A stretch of 64,000 nucleotides of DNA, taken from Octopus sinensis. Taxonomy: Eukaryota. Position numbers and translations under genes: made by a program. Location of the stretch: contig NC_043006.1 of the NCBI RefSeq assembly GCF_006345805.1, forward strand, positions 52,452,001-52,516,000, given 5' to 3'. The notes below the pieces were generated by a model that was not told where the DNA came from, did not search any database, and saw only the letters and a program-made list of their open reading frames with translations. Positions 53,727 to 64,000 of the stretch are shown in pieces. The number at the start of each line of letters is the position of its first letter. Within the stretch, counting starts at the first letter, position 1.

Positions 53727-55212
53727 GCACACACAAACGCACACACGTACACACGCATACACAAACACACACATACACACACAAAAACACACACACACAC
53801 ACACCTCACACACCACACACACGTACACATATGCACGCACGCACAAACATGCATACACTCTCTGTCTCTCTCTTTCTCTATCTCTCTATCTCTCCCTCTA
53901 TCTATCTATCTCTGTCACACACAAACATTTGTGGGTTCGCATAGGCTAGCAGACTTATAGGTTATTCACTATATGAATTAATAAACATCGTGATTATTGA
54001 AAATATATTTTATCATGTTGTTAAGGTTTATATTTATATATTTATGGGGAGAAATGGTCGTTGTTTCCCCTATATAACATATATAAATTACAACAGGAAA
54101 AACAAAGTTAGATATACGTTGACTACACAATATAACGTATAAAGTACAACAAAAACACACAAAAATATTAGTTCTTATGTTGTCAGAAGATCTCAGTTTT
54201 AGAATGGCGAACGTAAAATATGCAGCATTTATGCTTGTTTCGTAAGCATTAGTGATTTAAGGGAAGTGAATTGATTTACCCACGAGCAAGTAAATCGCCT
54301 CTGAGTCTATAATAATCGCTTCTAATTTAGGTACAAATACCAGCAGTTTTCGGGGTATGGTTAAGTCGATAACATCTGAAGTGTTTTTCGTTTGGCCAAT
54401 GTGACACCTCATAGAGGAAACAATTTGTTAATTAGTGGGCTCAAAATGCAAATGCTATTATTATCAGAATTTTCTTTCTGTAGTGATCTATCTGTCCCAA
54501 TTTAATAAATACCACAATATCATTCTTCCCCAAGAAGTATTAAAGCATCTAATCCAATTGCTGCCCACCTTTTTCCTGCAATACCACAAGGAAAAAAGAA
54601 ATAATTATAATCAGCAATTTTTTCCATCTATTCTGATCCCCTTTTTTATGAGATCACCATTGTGATATAAAAACTCTGGCTGTCTTAACTCATCAGTGGT
54701 CTTTTGTCTTTCCAACCTTTGTCATAAGCTCAAGATGTCAGCGACGTACTCCAGTACTGTTAGCGCGAAAACCTCCTAGCATTATTCTGCGGACAAGCTA
54801 TCTATCCACAATGTCTTTCGGATCAGAAGTTTCCTGTTAGATTGATCCAGTACAACATGCATTGACAAGCATCTCTAGGTCACGCTCGATAAAATCTGAA
54901 GATCCAATTATGTTTTTCATGCATTTTTCTATACATTAATAATTTACTTCCAGTCAGTTACTACAACACATATTCAGTAAGTAGAATGTGGTTTCATAAG
55001 CGTGTAGGTGTGTATTTTTTAATACGCATGCTTAAAATATATACTGGTCATCCTGGAGAAGGGAGACCAGTCTTGAAAAATGCTTATCTTTTTATTTTTT
55101 CTTTATACGAAAATTATAGTTCGTTATATTTACAAGTGTTTACTTTCCATAACATAGGAATTATAAACTGCAGGTTTGCAGTATCAAATTTATCATACAC
55201 ACACACACACAC

Positions 55213-55247
<35 letters not shown>

Positions 55248-55272
55248 AACACAAACACACACACACACACAT

Positions 55273-55328
<56 letters not shown>

Positions 55329-55627
55329 CTATATCTATATCTATATCTATATCTATATCTATATATCTAAAAATAATAATAAATGCGCCCTTTTAAAGCC
55401 TAGGCAGGCTCATGGGCCCGGTGTCCCGGTTTCAAAGAAGTTTGTGTTTCCCAGCTTGACGGGACATCAGTCCTTCGCAGCGTTTCTCCTTTTTGCCAGC
55501 TGAGTGGACTGGAGCAACGTGAAATGAAGTGTTTTGCTTAAGAACACAACGCGTAGCCCGGTCCAGGAATCGAAACCACAATCTTACGATCATGATGCTG
55601 ACACCCTAATCACTAAACCACGCACCT

Positions 55628-55685
<58 letters not shown>

Positions 55686-57809
55686 TTATGATAAATGTAA
55701 TACTGCAAGCCTGCAGTTTATAATACCTATACTGTGGGAAGTAAACACTTGTAAATAAAACGAAGTAGAATTTTCATATACAGAGAAAAATAGAGATTAG
55801 CATTTTTCAAGACTGGTCATTCTTCTCCAGAGGATAAGCCCTCCCCATATTTCAGCTCATTAAGAAAAACTTGATGACAATACGTATTTAACTCAGTTAC
55901 AAACGGGAAAAAACCTAGTTTAAAGGATTAGACAGATAGTATATTGTGCATTAGCTGCCAACGTTATTCAATACGTAATAAATATTTTATTCACAAGCAT
56001 ATATAAGAAAATCTGAGATAAATTTAATGTAGTTATCCAATAATCTATACCGCTTTCCTTGGAAATTTAATAAATGTAAATACATCATGCCATTTTTGGG
56101 AAGTCAGGAAAATATTATTCTGGCATATTTCGTGGCATCATTTAAATTGGGATTGCTGACAAGTTATCTTAACAAGAAGACGGATGGGAAAACAGCCTCT
56201 CGTTAAGTAGCAATGAAACAAAGAATCTTAAGAAATTATATTTTAAGAAATATCTATTTCCAAAACCAAACACTTACCTGAAAGGGCTGTTTGATCTGGT
56301 ACGTGATCGGATTGCGTACAAAACCGATAAATGTCTTATTTAAATCAATGACATTATCACCTAAAATTAATTTGAAAAGATGAACCAAAAATTATATTGA
56401 GATACGAGAGTGAAGATGTACAGACATAAACACACAAGTACACAGAGGATACGACCTTTCAATTCTCCCTAACCTCCAGTATAAAGATGTTATATACACA
56501 TAACGTAGCTATATTATCAGGATGGACTGATGCATTATCTCCATGTGTACTGACTGCATTAATTCCAGACTATGCTGTCCCCATGTGCAGAGACAATGTT
56601 ATCTGTAGTGATGTTTTGTGAATCGAGTCTCTTTCATATACAAAGCCACTATAATATGGAAAATATTATCCTTGCCAATACATCCGTATTAACTACACTA
56701 GATTATAAACATTTCACTCTACAATACAGATATCACAAGATCTTAAATAATAACAAAGTTAATTATATTTGTTATTCATTTTGCTGTACTTGTTTCTAAA
56801 GGAAATCGTAGGAAAATGTTTTGACACTGATATTCCGAATACTCTAAGACTAGTCTCCCACCTTGCTAGCACATTGATTCTACCCATTGTTCTCTTAAAT
56901 GTTATGTGCTCTCTGAGGCCTGAATGTATTGCGTGAAAGATGACCCTAAAAAACAACACAAATGTATTTTATATTGGGATTATATAATATCTGTTGTCAT
57001 TCTATGCGAAAACTTCTCTAGATGTGTTTAATGTTTATTCATCTGGCTGGAGTATTGATATTTTGTGTTTTGCTTTCAAGCGATGCATGTTACCAGAATA
57101 TTCCCACTCAAGTCGAATAGAACAGACCATCCAAATCCTAGATAGAGTATCCGTATGAATGGAGTAAGGTCCGGCTAGCTTGTTCTGGTATGGAGTAGTA
57201 TAATATAAAATAGTGAAATTAAACGAAGTAATGAAACATTTAATGCATTTAAGACGCACGTTTCAGATCATTGCATAATAAATAAAACGAAACTCGTCTC
57301 TTACGCAAACTTTTTCTCAGTTAAAATATGAACACAGTGATGGTTTTCGCCCTTTATATATGGTCCACGTAGTACATGAATACAGTGAGAGAGAGGGGGG
57401 GGGAGAAGAAAAAAGAGAAAGAAAGAGAAAAACAGAGAAACAAAGAGAGTGAGAGAGAGAGAAATATACATACATGAGTACCTGGGTATGTCAATGAAAG
57501 TATGTGAAGATAAGACTTTTGCCTCTAATTTGAGACAAAAAGGTTATCTTTACTGACACCTACTGAGGGCCTTACGAAGCTCTACTTTTTTCATACAATT
57601 TTTCTACTATTCCTGTTTCCTTCTTTCTAGGATCAACCCCCCAAATAATCGCTTGCCTCATCACTGCTACTTCCATTACTGATGATATATTGAGCACTTC
57701 TTTTCATAATTAGCATTATCTTATATGATTTTAGTCCCACCCATGAGAGGAAAATGTTACTATCGATCTATTCTATAGAAGGTAGGCATTGCCTACCTAG
57801 GCGGCACGT

Positions 57810-57856
<47 letters not shown>

Positions 57857-57965
57857 ACGGTGGTGCTCCATATATATATATATATATATATATATACAGT
57901 AGTATATTCATTCAAAGGACCGACGATATTTGTAGTAAAACTTTATGGACGTTACTGTCTATTTT

Positions 57966-58045
<80 letters not shown>

Positions 58046-58160
58046 TGTGTTTGTGCGTGTGTGTTTGAGTACGTCTGTGTTTTGTGTTTGTATGTATGTA
58101 TGCATGTATATATATGTATGTATACATATATGTATATGTATATACATGTATGCATGTATG

Positions 58161-58201
<41 letters not shown>

Positions 58202-59127
58202 CTTTACTACCCACAAGGGGCTACACACAGAGGGGACAAACAAGGACAGACAAATGGATTAAGTCGATTACATCGACCCCAGTGCGTAACTGGTACTTAA
58301 TTTATCAACCCCGGCAGACGAAATACGGCTACGCATTTCGCCCGGCGTGCTAACATTTCTGCCAATATATACGGATATATGCACACACTCACATACACAT
58401 TCATAAACATAATGATACGTAGAAAATAGACAGAAACGTACATAAGTATTAATGCAAATATCTTTAGTTCTTTATATGAATTACTACTCTATACTTATTT
58501 ATCCTTTTGCACATTGTTCAGGGATGTGAATTATATTTACCCATTCCTATTCTAATGAATTTAGTAATGAAAAAGATGTCTGGTACTTAAAAAGTATGCA
58601 AACTGACGCACGTAGAATCATATAAAAATACAAAACAAGTCATCTTGAAAAAGTTTTGAAATTAAATCCTGGAATCTCGCTAGTTTTACTTTTATAGATA
58701 AACATGTACTTACCGATAACTCCTGTTTTAGTGTCGCCATAACTACACAATGTCGAAGTATCATCAGGTCTAGCACAAACATGAAGAGTCGTTTGACATC
58801 GTTGATTTCTGAAACTTGAGCACGTGCGCCCATTAGCCAGTAAACGGTCGTAATTTTCAAACTTGATCAACTTCACATCAATTACATAGTCTGCTACAAT
58901 TGGCTGCAAAAGATTTATAAGAACACTTTATTAAATATATTTCTATAACATGTGTGACTTTCATTTCTGACTTCTTGTCTTTATATGCAGTATGTCTATG
59001 GGCAAATAAAAAGGGCTCAATCAGTTTCAATGTTTTGTTGACATTTCATGTGGAACTGAGTTTGGGTATTGAAAACCAGACCTTGCGAACATAAGTGCAA
59101 CACCCTAACCATTTCATCATGCGCCTT

Positions 59128-59182
<55 letters not shown>

Positions 59183-59505
59183 TTCAAGCATATACTAACA
59201 TACATATTCGACTATACATGTATATATAAAAGCATTTATATATGTCTAAAAATGTATTATGCAGAATCTGTGTGTGTGTGTGGCTGTGTATCTGTAAGTG
59301 TGGTGGTGGTGGTAGTGTGTGTATCTGTGTGTTGTGTGGCGTGGTGTGGTGGTGGTGGTGGTGGTGGTGGTGGTGTGTGTGTGTGCGTGTGTGTGCGTGC
59401 GTGCGTTTGGGTGTTCGGTTTGTAGGGAATCTAAGACAGAATACTTACAGAAATTAAGGTAGCAAGAAAAGCGCAGAGCAGGAATCTACCGGTTGATTGA
59501 AGCAT
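44603..59505 (-). CDS. Copy B: paralogous secreted Delta-like protein (MNNL/C2-DSL-12xEGF-chitin-binding domain); carries a 1-nt frameshift in the large EGF exon as assembled
   Basis: Join (minus): 59449-59505, 58714-58903, 56278-56360, 53401-53568, 51852-51996, 50948-51058, 50139-50258, 47442-48553, 46308-46325, 44603-44778. All exon lengths equal those of copy A except the large exon (1112 nt, one short of a multiple of 3). 726 aa if corrected; 646 aa without the chitin-binding domain if the frameshift is real. Confidence 0.82.
46308..46325 (-). CDS. Copy B exon 10: 18-nt microexon (V)PLSQA
   Basis: TTATTCTTTTGCAG|TACCACTCTCCCAAGCAA|GTAAGTAC. Confidence 0.7.
46586..46790 (+). mobile_element. 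SINE (family also at 52148-52366 and 58203-58365)
   Basis: Shared GGCAGAA..GTTAGCACGC...GAGGTCG...TCCTTTCGGGGTCG..AAATTAAG...CTGGGGTCGAT body; absent from copy A. Confidence 0.7.
47442..48553 (-). CDS. Copy B exon 9: 10 EGF-like repeats, frameshift at about 47778-47781
   Basis: ORF 47487..48773 leaves the EGF frame after [13 protein letters not shown]. The EGF pattern resumes in another frame ([14 protein letters not shown]...[11 protein letters not shown]) up to a donor matching copy A. Confidence 0.85.
50139..50258 (-). CDS. Copy B exon 8: calcium-binding EGF domain
   Basis: (G)[39 protein letters not shown]; 120 nt. Confidence 0.9.
50948..51058 (-). CDS. Copy B exon 7: EGF-like domain
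   Basis: (A)[36 protein letters not shown]; 111 nt. Confidence 0.88.
51852..51996 (-). CDS. Copy B exon 6: DSL domain
   Basis: [48 protein letters not shown]; 145 nt. Confidence 0.88.
52148..52366 (+). mobile_element. SINE with a foreign 37-nt internal patch
   Basis: Same family as 46586-46790; copy-B-specific. Confidence 0.7.
53401..53568 (-). CDS. Copy B exon 5: C2 C-terminal part
   Basis: [56 protein letters not shown]; 168 nt. Confidence 0.82.
55381..55630 (-). mobile_element. tRNA-headed SINE
   Basis: The minus strand has a B-box-like GGTTTCGATTCC and shares GGACTGGAGCAACGTGAAATG-like sequence with 63088-63360. Confidence 0.6.
56278..56360 (-). CDS. Copy B exon 4: C2 middle
   Basis: (G)[27 protein letters not shown]; 83 nt, GT-AG. 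Confidence 0.8.
58203..58365 (-). mobile_element. SINE, internally deleted
   Basis: Reverse complement of the family at 46586 and 52148. Confidence 0.65.
58714..58903 (-). CDS. Copy B exon 3: MNNL/C2 N-terminal part
   Basis: [63 protein letters not shown](G); 190 nt, GT-AG. Confidence 0.85.
59449..59505 (-). CDS. Copy B exon 2: signal peptide [19 protein letters not shown]
   Basis: 57 nt, donor GTAAGT, paralogous to 27843-27899. Confidence 0.85.
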
Positions 59506-59730
59506 GCTGATTGCCTTATTCAGAATTGTCTTATGAGCTTTTAGATATATACAGTGTATGTATAATTATCACTAGTCCCCTCGTCCTTGCTAAGGCGACG
59601 CTAGTCGACGTATTGAACAGCGACTTAAACTCACAGGGAGCTCCGGTGTGAAAATGAACTCACTGAATTCTCTGAATAAGTCCGGTGAACAAACAAGGCA
59701 ATTCTGGGAGGCAACGCGAGAAAGCCCAGT

Positions 59731-59819
59731 ATTTATAGGATATGGTCAGTGGGAACAATAGCGTATGCCAAAGTTTACACACAATTGCACGGGTTTGAAT
59801 GTTGCGCCAGATGACCAAT
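59731..59819 (-). promoter_or_regulatory. Core promoter of copy B: TATA box plus CCAAT motif
   Basis: Minus-strand TATAAAT at 59731-59737 and CCAAT at 59815-59819, with nearly the same spacing as in copy A. Confidence 0.55.
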
Positions 59820-60204
59820 AAAAATGGATCTGTAGATATTTGTTTTTCTAACTGTACCAGACAGGGATCATATTGGTAAGCATGGGGGATAGAGGGGATA
59901 GTGAGGAAAAGGATAACAACAATAAGGGCGACGACGACGTTGACGACAACAACAACAGTTGCAAAAACAGGGATGAGGGTGAGGATAGGAAATGATTAAA
60001 AATAATTTTACTGTTGTAAAGTCTAGTAACAGAGTAATTTCTAAATATGTAGGAGTTTTATACTTTTAATGTAAACAAAATGAACGTAGGCGAACAAATC
60101 AGTTATGCTTTTAGAGAAAATATAAAAAGGATATTAGAAATAAGTAATTATAATTATACAATATTTATTTTGTTGTTGTTGAACAGTTTATTGAAGAGAA
60201 TTTT

Positions 60205-60850
60205 GATTCCAGAAATATAGACCACCTTTGGAGATCTCTGGCTCAGCTGTACCGGGTCAGAATAAAGTACGAAATTGTTTCCAACAAAGCCTGTCCACGA
60301 TGCACCCAGATCGACGAAACCATTCTTTTACTCGTTTGGTGTCCGAGCATTATTATCTTCATCCTGAGACAGCAATGCTTGGACACTTTATTTGTGAAGA
60401 GCAGGAAGTTCTCCTCTGTTAAGTAGTTGTGGTGAGACAGACTTTATGCTGACAGGATTGATAATATTGAAGACAGGAACTTTCCTCTTTAACAAAATCC
60501 TCATGAACATTTTCGAGTACTACTTGAAGAAGGAGATACGGTGAACAAAATATTGCACCCCAGTGAATTTGCTGAAAAGTGGGTTAGAGTGTCTAGAATG
60601 GTCCAAGTAAATGGGCAAATTGTCTGCTTGCTCTTGTGGTAGAGAAAGACACCACCGGTAGAGAAAGAACTTGCTCCTTAGTGTCAGGATATTTTTAGGT
60701 CCTTGCGTTTCCTTTATTGGTCGCAGATGTTTGTCACTTGATCAAATGCATTTTTTTAGACTGTTGTTTTCCATACTTGCTTTTTTTTTCTTTCAAAAAT
60801 TGATTCTGCGAGTACCGACTTTGTGGCGAATAAAATAAATTATTATCATT
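60205..60850 (+). mobile_element. Highly diverged 3' fragment of a Tx1/L1-like LINE
   Basis: Translates to ACPRCTQIDET...C and YYLKKE...KWVRVSRM, paralleling the C-terminus of the younger LINE. Ends AATAAAATAAAT. Confidence 0.55.
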
Positions 60851-61680
60851 AGTATTAAACTAATAGTGACCCATGCATGCAAAGCCTTCCTCCATGCTAC
60901 CGATGTTTTCCAAAAGAAATGCAACGTTCCGTCACCTTGGCACCCGTATTGTGGTAGCCGTTAACATCAGAACGCAGATAGTGCAAGGCCGCATCTTGTC
61001 TGACACACTAATAATTCTACCTATCAAGTGTACGGGACTGTTACCTGTTTAAATAAAATCGATGTTGCTTTCAGCTGGATTCGAAGACAAAACTAAGAGA
61101 TTTGGAACAAATATCTGGAAGGCATTCTATCCGATGCACCCCCACTATCTCTCTTTATTTGTCTGTCTATCTATCTGTCTCTCTCTCTCTCCTTTCCCCC
61201 CACTCTCTCTCTCTCTCCCTCTCTCTGTGCTATATGTATTACTGACGTTTTAGGAACGTTCTTTTTGATGTTAAAGTGTACTAAACAAAATTTTTAAAAA
61301 ACTATAAATTTTAGTCAACAATTAATGAGTAAATGAGTCATTGCGAAATAAACTGGACAATTGTTAACAACTGTCGTTTTATACAACCTTACTGTAGAGA
61401 GAGGAAATGGGATCAGCTGGACCAGTTTTGAGATTTCATCAGCAACATTTGTTCTTCAGCCTTCGACGGTGATGCTGTGCATATAGGTAGTATTAGTAAG
61501 AGTTTTATTAATTCGGATACACCAATGTACATACATGACGCATTCTTGGAAAATAGTTGTACTAATGAATTAATGAGGCGTTAGCAGTGTTCAATTTTTA
61601 TGTTATGAATTGACACAGAAGCAACCTTACAGATTTTAACCAACGTGCGTAAATTAGACTTCATTAGGTGCGGGCAGGGG

Positions 61681-62751
61681 TCTTGTTTGTCTTAAAAATG
61701 TGAGGGGTATAAACTAACATTTGTTGGTTCTTAAGGAGCATGTTAGTATTGCTTATGGTGCTTTTCCCGGACCCTATCACATAAGTAAAATTTTATGCTA
61801 ATCAAATTTATATGTTCAAACGAAGTTCAGATATTAAAAAAATAAGCTTAAAATAAATTTACTATATCAAATGAACAACAAATAAAACACAGAGATTTGA
61901 ATAAAAATATATAAATTGCTTTTACAACTTTCTAAATGCATTATATCTCGCCGCATCATTGATGTCAATAAATAATGGGGCTAGAAGGGGATTAAAGTTT
62001 ACAGGAGGGGGTAACTTGAGGTGAGAAATTGATTGGGAGACTTTTTGGGCACTTCAGTGGTTGCTTTGCTGTGAAAACGGGGATTTTATTGATTTTTGGG
62101 GACATTTGGGGGGGCCTAGATTGGACACCTTTTGTCCGATTTCAATCAAATTTTCAACATGGTAAAGTGGAAGCGGATTTGTAATTTAAGCGCGGAAAAT
62201 GGGTTCGAAATTTTGAAAATTAAGGCAAGATTTTTGAAGTTGAAAATATTTCTTATTTTTACGTATTTTTACCTTTTATTTTTCATTGTTCACAGTTTTC
62301 ATTTTTTCTGAAAGAAATTTACAGCTGCATGTAGTCCGTGTTTAGAGCTTTCATTTGCATGGTCAATCGTCGAAAAATTCCCAAAATAAGTACTAAATTT
62401 AACAAAGAAATCCTTTTTTTCCTTATTTTTAATCGCTGAAAACGTACAAAAGGCAAGTGTGCTTTCCGCTGTCACTGCTGATATTTATGATTGATCTTTC
62501 AAAATATTTTTGTCTCAACTTACTCAAGATCTTTTGTTTTTTTATAAATGGGAGAGAGAGATAGAGGAAGATAGAAAGTAAGAGAAAGCGAGGGAGAGTC
62601 CGAGAGAAAGGAAAAGTAAGAGAGTGGGAAAGTGAGAGAGAAAGGAGAGAAAAACAAAGAGGGAGAATGTGGCAATAAGAAACAGAAAGGAAGCAACAGA
62701 AAGTAACAACCACACCCTCACCCGCGCGTAGAGCGGGTCACCTTAAGCTAG
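61681..62751 (+). mobile_element. Non-autonomous Helitron-like element (5' end approximate)
   Basis: 3' hairpin ACCCGC-GCGTAGA-GCGGGT at 62720-62738, followed 9 nt later by CTAG|T. Confidence 0.55.
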
Positions 62752-63087
62752 TAAATAGTAAAATTGTGGTGGAGTGTGATTTAAGTCATCTCAATGTCTG
62801 CAACAAAAATATTCGATCGATAAACAAGTACGCTTTTTTAATACAAAGGGACATCTCTTGCAAGATGGGTCGGAACGATTGTATCGTTGAATAAAGATTT
62901 ATGGCAAATCCATATTTCGTTTTCCTCATCAAATACATACATACATATTCCCCCTTTCTCTCTTTCTCTCTCTCAATCTCCCTCTTTATCTCTTTCTCTC
63001 TCATTCTCTCACACATATACATATATGAAATGTGAAGCATACATACAAGCAAACATATGCATATATATATATATATATATATATATC

Positions 63088-63360
63088 TGCTGAGACGCCC
63101 TTCGGTCATGACTGACCATAGGATTGCACCTAGGAAGTTACCCTCCCGGGCACAAGTCCGGGCAAGTTTGCTTATGGAAGAGCAGCAGTCGCCCCTGTAT
63201 ACCGGTCTCCCCTCTCCACGCCACTGATGTCATCCAAGGGAAAGGCAAAGGCCGATACAGGTTGGCACCTGTGACGTCGCAACTGAGTGAACTGGAGCAA
63301 CGTGAAATGAACCTCACGATCGTAAACTCGACGTTCTAACCAGTGAGCCAATCGCCTTCA
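63088..63360 (-). mobile_element. tRNA-headed SINE, partially deleted
   Basis: Shares ACTGGAGCAACGTGAAATGAA with 55381-55630; bounded by (TA)n. Confidence 0.55.
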
Positions 63361-63383
63361 TTGTATATATATATATATATATA

Positions 63384-63749
63384 CTAGCAGTATCGCCCGG
63401 CGTTGCTCAGGTTTGTAAGGGAAATAACTATAAAGCATTTTTAGAGAGTTATAGCCAAAAAATAGCAAAAAAATGGAAAAAAATGATGGTAAATTTTTTT
63501 TGAGAGTAAAAAAGGTGGAGTTGCGTCCCCTAGACAGTTTGCGGTTTGTGTTTCTGATTCTCGACCCCATGTCGAATTTATCGATTTTTTTCAGAACTGG
63601 GGGAACTTTTCAAAATTTTCGCTGCGTTAGTTTTGAATTATGACATTGGGCTATGTGTGTGTTAAGTTTCATCAGAATCGGTTGAAAGCCGTGGTCAGGG
63701 TGAGGGTACAAGCAAACAGACACACAGAAACACGCACAGACAAACTGCC

Positions 63750-63760
<11 letters not shown>
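63384..63760 (-). mobile_element. Non-autonomous Helitron-like element
   Basis: The minus strand ends in a GC-rich hairpin-like segment then CTAG|T; the other end runs into (TA)n. Confidence 0.5.
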
Positions 63761-63805
<45 letters not shown>

Positions 63806-63811
<6 letters not shown>

Positions 63812-63899
63812 TTTATAGAAGGACCTTCTACAGGACTACAACTGTTTCATTCAAATGAAACAGTTCTAGTCCTGTAGAAGCTCCTTCTATAAAATAAAT
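63806..63899. repeat. 94-bp near-perfect inverted repeat
   Basis: 46-bp arms with 2 mismatches around a CA loop. Confidence 0.85.
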
Positions 63900-64000
63900 T
63901 AATTTACTCTGCTATGTATTGAGTACCTTATTTACTGTGGTTAACCCCGACTCAACCCGGGACCTACATATATATATACATACACTAATGTATACATATA

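Larger units (their letters stand above)
41600..60215. repeat. Segmental duplication unit B (direct repeat of about 5130-28615)
   Basis: For example 41640-41760 matches 5160-5290 and 59980-60215 matches 28390-28615. Confidence 0.9.

Overview
AT-rich, microsatellite-dense, intron-containing animal DNA. The SINE sequences resemble families I recall from octopus, so a cephalopod origin is an inference, not a result. The core of the window is a tandem pair of minus-strand paralogous genes: copy A (CDS 8543-27899) and copy B (CDS 44603-59505). I rebuilt both exon by exon from canonical GT-AG sites with compatible phases. Each encodes signal peptide - MNNL/C2 domain - DSL domain - EGF array - 18-nt microexon linker - C-terminal chitin-binding type-2 (CBM14/peritrophin-A) domain - stop, with no transmembrane segment found. 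This is a Delta/Serrate-type Notch-ligand ectodomain that appears to be secreted and capped by a chitin anchor. Copy A is 1056 aa with 21 EGFs, including five near-identical 219-bp two-EGF units. Copy B is 726 aa with 12 EGFs if a 1-nt homopolymer frameshift in its large exon is corrected. The first 1.5 kb resembles the far-upstream flank of copy B, suggesting a third copy just left of the window. The intergenic zones hold stacked Tx1/L1-type LINEs embedded in (TATC)n arrays, a MULE relic containing a nested hAT MITE and a full-length mariner, Helitron-like relics, SINEs and foldback elements. All alignments and counts were done by eye; no searches were run.
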